A stretch of DNA of 39,064 nt from Thermodesulfovibrionales bacterium (GCA_919901705.1 CAKKPR010000313.1:1-39064), one strand, 5' to 3'; counted from the stretch's first letter, positions 1-9,581 are shown. Notes: generated by a model from the sequence alone, not told the origin. A program made the numbers and translations.

Positions 1-50
1 TTTTTTACCCAAAAAATTAAAGTTTCTTTCCCATTTCATGTGGGTAATTT

Positions 51-78
51 CCCCTTAGGAAAGGGGGGGTAGGGGGTT
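51..78. repeat. C-run/G-run hairpin element, copy 1
   Basis: cccctt (51-56) pairs with aagggg (61-66) across an agga loop, followed by a second G-run at 72-76. The same aaggggg-N-ggggg-tt motif occurs at 179-208 (opposite orientation) and 29440-29483. Confidence 0.5.
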
Positions 79-178
79 GTCATACCTTGCATTCATACTG
101 CCCAGCAATTGGTATTATGAAGCAAAGCCTCTGATACTATTGCATATTTTAAGATTCTTTTATGCTAATTCTTTAAAC

Positions 179-208
179 AACCCCCTTGCTCCCCCTTTTT
201 TAAGGGGG
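179..208. repeat. C-run/G-run hairpin element, copy 2 (inverted relative to copy 1)
   Basis: Reads aaccccc-ttgct-ccccctt-tttt-aaggggg. The 7-bp stem is 191-197 / 202-208 with a tttt loop. Confidence 0.5.
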
Positions 209-295
209 AATTATTAAGCAGTTCTGCTTTGTTACCCACTCACTTTGAGAAAGAGCCAAATTAAAGTTTTCATTTATAAAGCCGATAATAATTAA

Positions 296-1870
296 ATGTT
301 GACGGCACAGCGGCCTAAAATCCTCGTGGTTGACGACAACCCGAGAAATGCAGCCCTGATTGAGGGTTATATCAAACCCCACTACGATGTAGTAAAAGCC
401 GGGAGCGGTGAAGAATGCCTCCTGCTTCTGGAAAAAGAAGACATAGCCCTTGTTATACTGGATATCATTCTTCCGGGAATTAACGGCTATGAAGTCTGCC
501 AAAAGATAAAGGCAAATAAGGCCACCAAAAAAATTCCTGTTATGCTGATACCTGCCTTACCAACCGGTCAGGAAAAAATAAGAAGCCTTCAGGCGGGAGC
601 AGAGGACTTCATAAGCAGGCCTTTCAGCATGAACGAAGTAGTTGCAAGAGTCCGGGCGCTGCTCAAAATAAAAGGCCTGTATACTGATTTAGAGAAGACA
701 AATGAGAATCTGGCTTCAATCATATCCTACACCTCAGGAATTCTCAAAGATTTTGACCCGATGACATTCAACAGCAAGGAATTTTACAAATCACTGCTTG
801 GCATGATCTTAAGAAAAAAACCTTACGAGAGGGAAAAACCTGTCCACGTCTTTCTGGGGAAAACAGACAGTGACAATATCAAAGGGAAAATATTCAGCAA
901 CGGGACAGAGCCCGTGGAGTGCATTATCCCTGAAAACTTTTATGCCCGGAAAGTCGGTACGACTCGTCCGCACCCAGGCGGACTCGCTGAGGAGAGCAAC
1001 CGAGATGAAGCAAAAAACAATGACGCCTGTGGAGTAATATATTCAAATCATACAGACGAAGAATCAGCATTAAAATATCAGGAACATTTCCATCATGCCA
1101 TAACAGAGGCTGTCGGGATGGTGGTAAATTTTGTTGCCTATATATCAAGACATGCCGTGATAATTGCATTTAACTATGGCCGCGCTGTAACCCTTTCTGA
1201 TGCGCAGGTTCTTAAAGGGCTTTCAATCCATATCCCATTTTTTAAATCCATATCCGGACAGATAAAAGAAACAGAAGATACCCTTTTCTACACAATAACT
1301 GCACTTTCAAAGGCTGCAGAGCTTAACGACGACAATACAGGGAACCACATTCTGAGACTCAACAAATATTCAATGGCACTAGCAAGAAAACTTGGATTAC
1401 CGGAAAAATTTGTGCACGATATAGGCCTCGCCGCCCAGATGCACGATGTAGGCAAGATTCAGGTTCATCCTGACATACTGAAAAAGCCGGGTCAACTGTC
1501 ATCAGCGGAATTTGAGACTATAAAACAGCATCCCCTTTATGGCGCAAGGATACTCGGTGAGCACCCCAGACTGAAGATGGCACAGACCATTGCGCTTACC
1601 CATCATGAGTGCTGGGACGGAAGCGGTTATCCTTACGGATTAAAGGGTGATATAATCCCCATCGAAGGCAGAATCCTTAATATAGCAGACCAGTATGACG
1701 CCCTGAGAAGTATACGGCCCTACAAGCCTGCCTACGGCCACGAAAAGACCTGCAGGATACTTACAGAAGGGGACGGTAAGACCTTACCCTATCACTTCGA
1801 CCCGCAGGTGCTGCAGGCATTTAAAGACATTGCAAATCAGTTAGAAAGCATTTACGAGGGATTACATTAG
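296..1870 (+). CDS. Response regulator: N-terminal REC domain, about 200 aa of uncharacterised middle region, C-terminal HD-GYP phosphodiesterase domain
   Basis: Receiver signature KILVVDDN...[18 protein letters not shown] signatures HDVGK and [14 protein letters not shown] are in the translation. Confidence 0.9.
   Translation: MLTAQRPKILVVDDNPRNAALIEGYIKPHYDVVKAGSGEECLLLLEKEDIALVILDIILPGINGYEVCQKIKANKATKKIPVMLIPALPTGQEKIRSLQAGAEDFISRPFSMNEVVARVRALLKIKGLYTDLEKTNENLASIISYTSGILKDFDPMTFNSKEFYKSLLGMILRKKPYEREKPVHVFLGKTDSDNIKGKIFSNGTEPVECIIPENFYARKVGTTRPHPGGLAEESNRDEAKNNDACGVIYSNHTDEESALKYQEHFHHAITEAVGMVVNFVAYISRHAVIIAFNYGRAVTLSDAQVLKGLSIHIPFFKSISGQIKETEDTLFYTITALSKAAELNDDNTGNHILRLNKYSMALARKLGLPEKFVHDIGLAAQMHDVGKIQVHPDILKKPGQLSSAEFETIKQHPLYGARILGEHPRLKMAQTIALTHHECWDGSGYPYGLKGDIIPIEGRILNIADQYDALRSIRPYKPAYGHEKTCRILTEGDGKTLPYHFDPQVLQAFKDIANQLESIYEGLH
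953..996. repeat. GC-rich hairpin segment related to the gcgactcgc-core element family, inside the response-regulator gene
   Basis: Sequence gtcggtacgactcgtccgcacccaggcggactcgctgaggagag. The stem is gtccgc/gcggac. ggcggactcgctgaggagag resembles ggcgactcgcctgaggcgag of the murD/dac element, and gtcgRtacgactcg is shared with the murF 3' end. Confidence 0.35.
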
Positions 1871-2764
1871 AGACAGGTATCTTTCCGGGTTTTCAACTGC
1901 GGCCTCTATAATCTCTGCTTCAGGGATTCCTATATGTTTAAGTATTTTTATCGAATCTGCAAGCGTTATCCCGCTTCCTGCCAGAATCCCGGCTTTTTTA
2001 TAAACAGCAAGGCCCTTCCCACCCTTTACCCCGTTAGAAAAAAAGCCTCTTCCAGCTTTTCTAACGGGGCTTACAGAATCTGACACGAGCATTATCTTAT
2101 CAAGCCTCTTTTTAGAAAAAATAAGTTCAAGTGTCTTTGAATGCAAATGAACACCGTCAGCAATTACTTCTATATAAATATCCTCATCAAGAAGCCCGAA
2201 ACCTGCAAGCCCGGGTTCCCTGTGATGAAAAGGCCTCATGGCATTGAATATATGTGTAATCCCGGTTGCGCCTGCCTTTTTGCCTTCAACAGCCTGTCTG
2301 TATGTTGCATCGGAATGGCCCATATTAACCTTTATCCCGAATTCAACACATTTTTCTATAATCTTTAACGCTCCCTTAACTTCAGGCGCAACTGTTATTA
2401 TCCTTATTATGTCCTCGTATCCCGATATTAATTTTTTAAGGGAAGATGCGGACGGGCTGATGAATGACTTTTTATCCATTGCCCCGCACCTAAGCGGGTT
2501 TAAAAAAGGCCCCTCGAGATTTATGCCGATAATGGTTGCCGACTGAGATTTAAGACCGTATATCTGGGATTCCATCGCCTTCCTCACGGCTTCCATGTTC
2601 TTGCGCATTTCGGCAATTGATGCAGGATAAATAGTGGGCAGGATACCTCTTGTTCCTTTCCTCCCGTGAAGTTCGGCCATTTTAAGAATATCTTCAGGGT
2701 TATCGGTCCTTGTATCGAAATTTCCTATGCCATGAGTGTGGATGTCAATAAAATTATGGCTCAT
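1862..2764 (-). CDS. NagA-like amidohydrolase (N-acetylglucosamine-6-phosphate deacetylase family core, lacking the usual N-terminal beta-sandwich)
   Basis: NagA-like motifs [33 protein letters not shown] and ADGVHLH. The start lies 3 nt after the lpxI stop. The 3' end overlaps the convergent regulator gene by 9 nt. Confidence 0.7.
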   Translation of the reverse strand: MSHNFIDIHTHGIGNFDTRTDNPEDILKMAELHGRKGTRGILPTIYPASIAEMRKNMEAVRKAMESQIYGLKSQSATIIGINLEGPFLNPLRCGAMDKKSFISPSASSLKKLISGYEDIIRIITVAPEVKGALKIIEKCVEFGIKVNMGHSDATYRQAVEGKKAGATGITHIFNAMRPFHHREPGLAGFGLLDEDIYIEVIADGVHLHSKTLELIFSKKRLDKIMLVSDSVSPVRKAGRGFFSNGVKGGKGLAVYKKAGILAGSGITLADSIKILKHIGIPEAEIIEAAVENPERYLSLM

Positions 2765-2767
2765 AAG

Positions 2768-3577
2768 CTATTCTTTATACCCCACTATCGATATCCCGGC
2801 CTCATCAGCCTCTCTTATTATCTTTTCTCTCTGAAGGAGAATACTCCTGCCTGCCTCAACAGCCAGGACACGCGCGCTGACCTCTATCATGGATATCAAT
2901 GTCTTCATCCCGACAACAGGGACATCAAATCTCATATCCTGTTTTGGTTTGCTGACCTTGACAACAACAGCTCCTTTGCCTGCCAGCTTACCGCCTCTCA
3001 GTATCGCCTCATCTGTTCCTTCTATTGCCTCGATTGCCATAACTGCCTGGTCTTTCACGATAACTGTCTGGCCTATATCAAGGCGCCCTATTTCCTTTGC
3101 TATCTTCCAGCCAAAGGCTATATCTTTCCATTCGTTTTCTGAAAGGCTTTCTTCCGTAAGAAGCCCCTCAGGCGTCATTAGCCCTGAGCTGAAATCGGTT
3201 GTGTTAAGAAGCGTGATACCGTCTTTTTCGAGTTCTTTTGCTATTCCAAGAAGTATGGAATCGTCACTCTTGTCTTTCAGTGTGAAAAGGAGTTTTACTG
3301 CCCTCAGGTCGGGTATTATCTTGCTTTTATAAAGGAGGGATTTCGGAACCTTCCCTGCCATGACTGCTTCTTTTACCTTGCTCTTTTTTAAAGAGTCTAT
3401 TATCGCGCCCAGTTTCCCTACATTTACCCACTTTATCTCATCAACATACGAGCCGAGGTCTTTGTCGGCAACAGGCTCAAGCGCAACTGCCACCACCCTG
3501 TATCCTCTTGCTTTTGCATCTGCGGCAACGAGCTTTGGAAGCTCACCCATGCCGGCGATAAGTCCGAGTATTTTCAT
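2768..3577 (-). CDS. lpxI: UDP-2,3-diacylglucosamine pyrophosphatase LpxI (DUF1009 family)
   Basis: Family-typical N-terminus LGLIAGMGELPKLVAADAKARGYRVVAVAL and the SDDSILLGIAKELEKDGI segment. Located immediately downstream of lpxA. Confidence 0.82.
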   Translation of the reverse strand: MKILGLIAGMGELPKLVAADAKARGYRVVAVALEPVADKDLGSYVDEIKWVNVGKLGAIIDSLKKSKVKEAVMAGKVPKSLLYKSKIIPDLRAVKLLFTLKDKSDDSILLGIAKELEKDGITLLNTTDFSSGLMTPEGLLTEESLSENEWKDIAFGWKIAKEIGRLDIGQTVIVKDQAVMAIEAIEGTDEAILRGGKLAGKGAVVVKVSKPKQDMRFDVPVVGMKTLISMIEVSARVLAVEAGRSILLQREKIIREADEAGISIVGYKE

Positions 3578-3580
3578 CAG

Positions 3581-3692
3581 CGCAGAAGTGCAGATTCATC
3601 CTTCGCAGCGCTGCGGAGAACGGAAGTGCAGAAGTGCAGAAGCAGAGGAATTAACTTTTGAACTTTTGAACCTTTGAACTTTTGAACCTTCT
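3581..3692. repeat. Intergenic composite repeat: gaagtgca 8-mers flanking the palindrome cgcagcgctgcg, then aacYtttg 8-mers x4-5
   Basis: gaagtgca occurs at 3585-3592, 3623-3630 and 3631-3638. The 12-nt perfect palindrome is 3604-3615. aacttttg/aacctttg run in tandem from 3653 to 3692. The block fills most of the lpxA-lpxI spacer. Confidence 0.8.
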
Positions 3693-3695
3693 GTA

Positions 3696-4475
3696 TCACC
3701 TGCAGACGCCCCTTTTGTTTTTCTCGATAAATCCAACAAGGTACCTTATCTCTTTTGAATCAGGAAAATCCTTCTGCACCTTTTTAAGCGCTTCCTTTAA
3801 TGTAAGTTTTTCCCTGAAGAGAATCTTATATGCCTTCTTAAGCTCGTTTATTGTTGAATCAGGGAAACCATTCCTTTTGAGCCCCACTGAATTGAGGCCG
3901 AAGAGTTTTGCCCTTGGCCCGGACGCCATTGTGTACGGAGGTATATCCTGCCCTATGCCGCTGAAAGCGCCAACCATTGCATACGCTCCGATCCTTGTAA
4001 ATTGATGCACTCCGACAATGCCCCCTATCACTGCATAGTCTTCAACGGCCACATGTCCTGCAAGTCCTGCAGAATTTGCAATTACCACATTATTCCCTAT
4101 CTTGCAGTCATGTGCGATATGCACATAAGCCATAAGGAAATTATTATCTCCAACCGCAGTCATCCCGTCTCCTCCAACCGAGGCCCTATGAACGGATGCA
4201 TACTCTCTTATGACAGTATTGTTCCCTATTCTTACGCCGGTTTTTTCGCCTTTATATTTGATGTCCTGCGGCGGAAGCCCGATGCTCGCAAACGGATATA
4301 TCTGGCAGCCTTCTCCTATCTCTGTGTTGCCTTCGATTATCACATTCGACATAAGCCTCGCCCCTTTTTTAAGTTTAACGCCCTCGCCCACGATGCAGAA
4401 CGGGCCTATGAACACGTCTTCATCTATAACTGCATTAGGGTCTATAATTGCTGTCTTATGTATTTCAGTAGTCAT
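3696..4475 (-). CDS. lpxA: Acyl-ACP--UDP-GlcNAc O-acyltransferase
   Basis: Left-handed beta-helix hexapeptide repeats, N-terminus IHKTAIIDPNAVI, C-terminal helical domain. Its start overlaps the fabZ stop by 4 nt. Confidence 0.93.
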   Translation of the reverse strand: MTTEIHKTAIIDPNAVIDEDVFIGPFCIVGEGVKLKKGARLMSNVIIEGNTEIGEGCQIYPFASIGLPPQDIKYKGEKTGVRIGNNTVIREYASVHRASVGGDGMTAVGDNNFLMAYVHIAHDCKIGNNVVIANSAGLAGHVAVEDYAVIGGIVGVHQFTRIGAYAMVGAFSGIGQDIPPYTMASGPRAKLFGLNSVGLKRNGFPDSTINELKKAYKILFREKLTLKEALKKVQKDFPDSKEIRYLVGFIEKNKRGVCR

Positions 4476-4906
4476 TTCTGCTCCTTTGTAAGAACCATTG
4501 CCGTAAAGTCTGCTTCTGAAACAACCTTTTCATCTACCGTTGCAGTTCCCGAGAATTTCCATACATTCCCCCTCTGCTGAATCACCTTAATCTCCATCCT
4601 GAGCTGGTCCCCCGGCACTACGGGTTTTCTGAACTTTGCTTTTTCTATGCTCATAAAAAAAACTGCATTACCCTGAACCCCGGAGCCGAATGCAAGCACT
4701 CCGGCAATCTGTGCCATTGCCTCAACTATCAAGACCCCCGGCATTATCGGATTACCCGGGAAATGCCCCTGAAAGAAAGGCTCGTTAACAGTTACATTCT
4801 TTATCCCTACAGCCCTTGCGTTAGGTTCAAGTTCAGTAATCCTGTCAACCATAAGAAAAGGGTATCTGTGAGGAAGCAGCTTTTGTATCCCATTAATGTC
4901 TATCAT
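4472..4906 (-). CDS. fabZ: 3-hydroxyacyl-ACP dehydratase
   Basis: FabZ signatures [13 protein letters not shown] and [16 protein letters not shown]. Confidence 0.95.
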   Translation of the reverse strand: MIDINGIQKLLPHRYPFLMVDRITELEPNARAVGIKNVTVNEPFFQGHFPGNPIMPGVLIVEAMAQIAGVLAFGSGVQGNAVFFMSIEKAKFRKPVVPGDQLRMEIKVIQQRGNVWKFSGTATVDEKVVSEADFTAMVLTKEQK

Positions 4907-5925
4907 TTCTCCTGTCTCCTTTCGATGGTTTCTATCTTATCTTCAAGTTCCTTAATTTTTTTGTTAAGTTCAGGCAGCCTGGCAAATATCGCAACTGCCT
5001 TAAGCCAGTCTCTGTGAGGTATGACAGGCGAGCCTGAATAAACCCCTTTTTTAAGATGCCCCATTACCCCTGATTGCGCGCCTATCATACAGCCGTCATC
5101 TATCCTGGCATGGTCCGCAACTCCGACCTGGCCTCCTGTCATGACAAAACTTCCTATCTCTGCGCTCCCTGCAACTGCGCCCTGCGCCGTAATAATAGTG
5201 TTTTCCCCTATTTTCACATTGTGGGCAATATGAACAAGATTATCCAGCTTTGTGCCTTTGCCTATAACGGTATTGCCTGTCGTGGCCCTGTCGATTGTGA
5301 CATTGGCGCCTATCTCAACATCATCTCCGATAATAACTCCTCCGACCTGGGGAATCTTATAATGAATCCCTTTTTCAAAAACATAACCAAACCCGTCAGA
5401 GCCCAGCACCGCGCCCGGATGTATGATGACCCTGCGGCCTATCTTTATGTTCTCCCTTATTGTGACATTGGGATATATGATGCATTCATCGCCAATATGT
5501 GAATTTTCACCTATAAAGACTCCCGGATATATGACTGTTTTATCGCCTATTGCCGCATTGTCCGAGACAAAAACCATAGGGGATATTGTTACATCTTTGC
5601 CTGTCCGCGCCTTATCAGAGACATAAGCCCTGTCGCTTATGCCGGAGAGGATAAAAGGCTTCACATAAAAGTGCTCCAGAAGCTTTGCAAAGGCATAATG
5701 CGGATTTGCCGTCTTAACCTGCGGCTTCTTTATATCCGGTATCATATCCTTGACTATCACACATGATACCCTGCTCTCTGCGCATTCTTTAATAAACTTT
5801 GTATTGATTAAAAATGTTATATCGCCTTCTGATGCATCGGATATTCCCGCAACCCCCTTTATCTCTGTTTCAGGGTCTCCGATAACCTCTCCATCAATCA
5901 GCTTTGCAATTTCCCGTAATTTCAT
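4903..5925 (-). CDS. lpxD: UDP-3-O-acylglucosamine N-acyltransferase
   Basis: [14 protein letters not shown]...GDITFL N-domain followed by hexapeptide repeats. I prefer the ATG at 5925 to the track start at 6003, because the 26 extra N-terminal residues are hydrophobic and not LpxD-like. Confidence 0.9.
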   Translation of the reverse strand: MKLREIAKLIDGEVIGDPETEIKGVAGISDASEGDITFLINTKFIKECAESRVSCVIVKDMIPDIKKPQVKTANPHYAFAKLLEHFYVKPFILSGISDRAYVSDKARTGKDVTISPMVFVSDNAAIGDKTVIYPGVFIGENSHIGDECIIYPNVTIRENIKIGRRVIIHPGAVLGSDGFGYVFEKGIHYKIPQVGGVIIGDDVEIGANVTIDRATTGNTVIGKGTKLDNLVHIAHNVKIGENTIITAQGAVAGSAEIGSFVMTGGQVGVADHARIDDGCMIGAQSGVMGHLKKGVYSGSPVIPHRDWLKAVAIFARLPELNKKIKELEDKIETIERRQEK

Positions 5926-6101
5926 TCTTGTTCTTTGAAAATCCTTTTTTTCTCCTGTGCTCCTAAAACTTTCAGACAGGAAACAATAGAAAAAGAATAC
6001 CATACAGAAGATTCCCTTGACAACAGATTAAAATACAAACCGATGTTAAGACGCCATCTCTTTTGTTGCATCAGGACATGTTTTTATGATAGCGTTTATC
6101 T

Positions 6102-6851
6102 ATGGAGGAAAAAAGACGCCATAAAAGGATCAAGGTAAAAGGTGTTTACGGCAAGATATACAAGACTCTTTCAGAGCTGAATATATTGAACCTGAGTTTA
6201 GGCGGAGCTGCAATAGAGGTCAAGAAAAGCCTTGTTGTCGGCAGGGAATATTCTATTATTATTGAGGATAAAGGCAGGCAGATAGAGCTGAAGGGAACTG
6301 TTATATGGGCTGTTCTAAAAAAAGCCCGGGAAGAAACTCTTACCGATGTTGAGCCTGTATATTATGTCGGCATAAAATTTGATGATATCCTTACCGATAA
6401 AGCAGCCCCTCTTATTGATTTCATGGATACACATAAAGTCACGGCAAGCAAAGAGAGGCTTATGGGCTTAAGGGTCAAGATTGCTGCTGAAAAAAATGCT
6501 GTCCTGCGTGACCCCTTCGGGTACAAGGTCAAGCTTATCAGCCCTTTTGGCATGCTCATAGAGACCATGCAGCCAATGAATCCGGAAGACAGAATTCCAA
6601 TGGAACTGTTCCTAAAAGACATAACACCTTTCCGGGGCCGGATGCAGGGAATGCCCGACGAAGGAGTACCAGCAGATATATACCTTAAGAACGGTAAGGC
6701 CATCAGGTTTCTTGGAAGAATTGTCTCCTGCACAGAGATAAATGAAAGCGAGCCCGGGTTATATGACATTGGAGTTGAATTTCTTGATATGCACGCAGAA
6801 GACTGGGCCAACCTTGCAGAATTCATCCGCTCCATCAGCACAGAAAAATAG
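6102..6851 (+). CDS. Tandem PilZ-domain protein (canonical N-terminal c-di-GMP-binding motifs, degenerate C-terminal domain)
   Basis: RRHKR followed by NLSLGGAAIEV matches RxxxR...(D/N)xSxxG. The second domain has ISPFGMLIE and a YDIGVEFLDM end. Confidence 0.8.
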   Translation: MEEKRRHKRIKVKGVYGKIYKTLSELNILNLSLGGAAIEVKKSLVVGREYSIIIEDKGRQIELKGTVIWAVLKKAREETLTDVEPVYYVGIKFDDILTDKAAPLIDFMDTHKVTASKERLMGLRVKIAAEKNAVLRDPFGYKVKLISPFGMLIETMQPMNPEDRIPMELFLKDITPFRGRMQGMPDEGVPADIYLKNGKAIRFLGRIVSCTEINESEPGLYDIGVEFLDMHAEDWANLAEFIRSISTEK

Positions 6852-6921
6852 CGCCCTTATTCTATTTTCCTTTTCCGGCTCAGACAATCACCCCGGCGCA
6901 TCAGGGCATAAAAAATTATGA

Positions 6922-6950
6922 TTGACTTTTTATAAGACTGCCTATATATT
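6922..6950 (+). promoter_or_regulatory. Sigma70-type promoter candidate for the cytochrome operon
   Basis: TTGACT (6922-6927), 17-nt spacer, TATATT (6945-6950). AGGAG at 6981-6985 lies 9 nt before the ATG at 6995. Confidence 0.5.
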
Positions 6951-6994
6951 TTAATTATAAGAAAACCTAAATCCAAAGAAAGGAGATAGCAAAA

Positions 6995-8824
6995 ATGTTC
7001 AGATTTTATGGCGGACAAGTCGTAAAAAAAGGAACTTACTGGAATCTGTCCAGCGGAGAGAGCATTGAATTAGAATATGAAAAAGTTCTCCCCGGCAACA
7101 GACAGGTAAGATACCTGAAGGTGCCAACCACAGGCATCTTCATCCTCGGCCCCATTTCAGGCCTGCTGTTTATATGCCTGCTCCCACTGATGTCTCTGCT
7201 CATCGTAATTACACTTCTCTCGCGCATAGCAGTAGCTTCTGATGCCCTGAAATCCGACGAGGCTGCAATGTGCATGGGCTGCCACTCAACCCAGGGCGTT
7301 GTCAAGACATTCAAGAACAAGGAAAAAGTTTCTGTCTACATTGAAGAAAGCCACTTCAAAAATACTGTACACGGCTTCCTGACCTGCACCAGCTGCCACA
7401 GCACAGTCTCTATGGACAACCACCCGTCAGCCCAGTATGCAAGCAAAAAAGAGTTTGCAACTCAGCTCTCAAAGGCTTGCAAGACATGCCATAGCAATGA
7501 ACAGGTTCTGGCAAGGCCAATACATAAGCAAGCCATAACCCGGGCCAATGCCCCGCCGTGTTCAGACTGCCATGGTTCCCACTCCATCAGCAAAGTCTCA
7601 GGAGGTAAAGAAACAGCGAGCAACTCTCAGTACTGTCTCACCTGTCACAAAAAAGACCTGAATCTCTCAATGAAAGGGGAAACTCTTTCTCTTACAATCG
7701 ATGAAACAATTCTAAGGAAATCGGTGCACGGCAACCACAACTGTTCCGATTGCCACACCCAGTTTTCCAAAAAAGAGCACCCGTTAAAGACTTTTGGGAG
7801 CAAACGCGAACTATCAATATCCGTAGCCGGGGTGTGCAAGGGGTGTCACCCTGAAAAATACAAACAGTATCAGGGAAGCATTCACTCCAATATGCTTATG
7901 CAGGGCAACCTTAACGCCCCTGTCTGCACAGATTGTCATGGCGCCCACTCTGTGGGACATAAGGAGCTGGTAGAAACAATAAGCGGGGTGCCATGCCGAA
8001 AATGTCATGAGGCTACATTTGAGGCCTACAAATCAAGCGTCCATGGCCAGGCAAAAATTAATGGCAAAAACAACGCGCCTATATGCTCTTCCTGCCATTC
8101 TGCACATGAGATGAGGCCTGCGCTTGCATCAAGATCCCCCAGGGCAACATGCATGGGGTGCCACAGGAATGCAGCGGAGCTCCACAAAGAGTGGCTTCCA
8201 AACTCAGGTATACATCTTGAGGCTGTAGCCTGCACTGCCTGTCACGTCCCTGATGCGGAACGCAGGGTTTACCTGCGCGTAACTGACAGTGATTCAGGCG
8301 AGAATATCTCCAAGGCCAGGGTAAAACAGTTCCTGGGAGCAAACTACGAAAGTTTAACACTAGCCAAGGCAAATGGCATTGAAGACCAGCAGCTCTGGGA
8401 TATGTATCAGAAGCTCGGCGATAGCGGCACAAAAATGAACCTTACGGGAACGCTCGGGCTTAATGACTGCAACCAGTCTCACATGCTGGCTCCAAAGGGC
8501 AAGGCGCTAAAGCAGTGCGACAAATGTCATGATGCCGATTCAAAGTCCTTCAAGGCAGTCAGCATGGCAATTATCACGCCAAACGGCCATGAAGAACGCT
8601 ACAATGTGAACCCGGCAGTGTTGGGCTCTATGTTTTCAATACTGCCTTTAAACCAGTTCTATGCGCTTGGCGGCACGCGGATAAAGATACTGGATATTAT
8701 CGGGATACTGATGGTCGTCGGCGGCATGTCAGTTCCGATAGTCCACATAACATTAAGGATTCTGACCTCGCCGATAAGAGAGGCCAGGAGACTTAACAAA
8801 CTGAGAAAGGAGGGCAGGAGATGA
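6995..8824 (+). CDS. Multihaem cytochrome c with 13 CxxCH motifs and predicted N- and C-terminal hydrophobic segments
   Basis: I counted 13 CxxCH motifs in the translation, many in the paired CxxCH...CxxCHGxH style. Hydrophobic segments are GIFILGPISGLLFICLLPLMSLLIVITLL and ILDIIGILMVVGGMSVPIV. Confidence 0.9.
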   Translation: MFRFYGGQVVKKGTYWNLSSGESIELEYEKVLPGNRQVRYLKVPTTGIFILGPISGLLFICLLPLMSLLIVITLLSRIAVASDALKSDEAAMCMGCHSTQGVVKTFKNKEKVSVYIEESHFKNTVHGFLTCTSCHSTVSMDNHPSAQYASKKEFATQLSKACKTCHSNEQVLARPIHKQAITRANAPPCSDCHGSHSISKVSGGKETASNSQYCLTCHKKDLNLSMKGETLSLTIDETILRKSVHGNHNCSDCHTQFSKKEHPLKTFGSKRELSISVAGVCKGCHPEKYKQYQGSIHSNMLMQGNLNAPVCTDCHGAHSVGHKELVETISGVPCRKCHEATFEAYKSSVHGQAKINGKNNAPICSSCHSAHEMRPALASRSPRATCMGCHRNAAELHKEWLPNSGIHLEAVACTACHVPDAERRVYLRVTDSDSGENISKARVKQFLGANYESLTLAKANGIEDQQLWDMYQKLGDSGTKMNLTGTLGLNDCNQSHMLAPKGKALKQCDKCHDADSKSFKAVSMAIITPNGHEERYNVNPAVLGSMFSILPLNQFYALGGTRIKILDIIGILMVVGGMSVPIVHITLRILTSPIREARRLNKLRKEGRR

Positions 8825-9456
8825 AAAAAATATACCTCCATCCACTGCCGGTAAGGGTATGGCACTGGATAAATGCATTAAGCTTTCTGTTATTGATAGT
8901 CACAGGGCTCCAGATAAGGTACCGCGATGTTTTTAAATTAACATCGTTCAAGACCGCTGTTGACATCCACAACATATTAGGGTTTGTTCTGCTCTTCAAC
9001 TTCTTTATCTGGCTGATTTACTATCTTGTCTCGGGCAAGTTCAATATCTATATCCCGGAATTCAGCCTCAGAAGCCTTATCGAGGGAAGCATACGACAGG
9101 CAAGGTATTATGGATACGGGATATTTGTTGGTGAGGAGAACCCGCACCACAGCACGCCGGATAATAAATTCAATCCCATGCAGCAGATGGCCTATCTGAA
9201 CATCATGGCGCTCTTCATCCCCATACAGATAGCAACAGGGCTTCTGATGTGGGATGTGAAAGGCTTCTCACAATGGACAAACCTTGCAGGAGGGATAAAG
9301 ATAGTGGACAGCGTCCATGTACTGCTGTTCCTGTTCTTCACCTCTTTCCTGTTTGTTCATGTCTATCTGGCAACGCTCGGACATTCGACCTTTGCGCATA
9401 TAAAGGCTATGTTCAGCGGGTATGAAGAAGAACCGGAGCACGGACCCAGTCACTGA
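8821..9456 (+). CDS. Membrane b-type cytochrome (PhsC / Ni-Fe hydrogenase cytochrome-b-like family)
   Basis: LHPLPVRVWHWINALSFLLLIVTGLQIR N-terminus, several hydrophobic segments, conserved His in WHWINA, DIHNILG, SVHVLLF and FVHVYLATLGH. ATGA overlap with the upstream cytochrome c gene. Confidence 0.85.
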   Translation: MKKIYLHPLPVRVWHWINALSFLLLIVTGLQIRYRDVFKLTSFKTAVDIHNILGFVLLFNFFIWLIYYLVSGKFNIYIPEFSLRSLIEGSIRQARYYGYGIFVGEENPHHSTPDNKFNPMQQMAYLNIMALFIPIQIATGLLMWDVKGFSQWTNLAGGIKIVDSVHVLLFLFFTSFLFVHVYLATLGHSTFAHIKAMFSGYEEEPEHGPSH

Positions 9457-9485
9457 TTAAATAAGTTTTTAAGTTGTTTCCCCAC

Positions 9486-9518
9486 AGAGGGGTGAGAGGC
9501 TTGTCCTCTCACCCCTCT
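9486..9518 (+). terminator. 14-bp GC-rich hairpin downstream of the cytochrome operon (no clear U-tract)
   Basis: agaggggtgagagg (9486-9499) pairs with cctctcacccctct (9505-9518) across the loop cttgt. Confidence 0.4.
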
Positions 9519-9581
9519 CCCCTTTAAATCCTTCATGGGATAAATCCCCGATTTATCATCGCCCGCGCCTAACGAGCCCTG

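Noticed and set aside
3581-3692. Possible CRISPR array, here and at the other tandem-repeat blocks (21808-21873, 23968-24037).
   Set aside because: The units are only 7-8 nt, they abut directly with no spacers, and several lie inside intact essential genes. No cas genes are present.
5926-6003. Extended lpxD N-terminus (track start at 6003).
   Set aside because: The extra [13 protein letters not shown]... residues are not LpxD-like. The canonical [10 protein letters not shown] start is at 5925.
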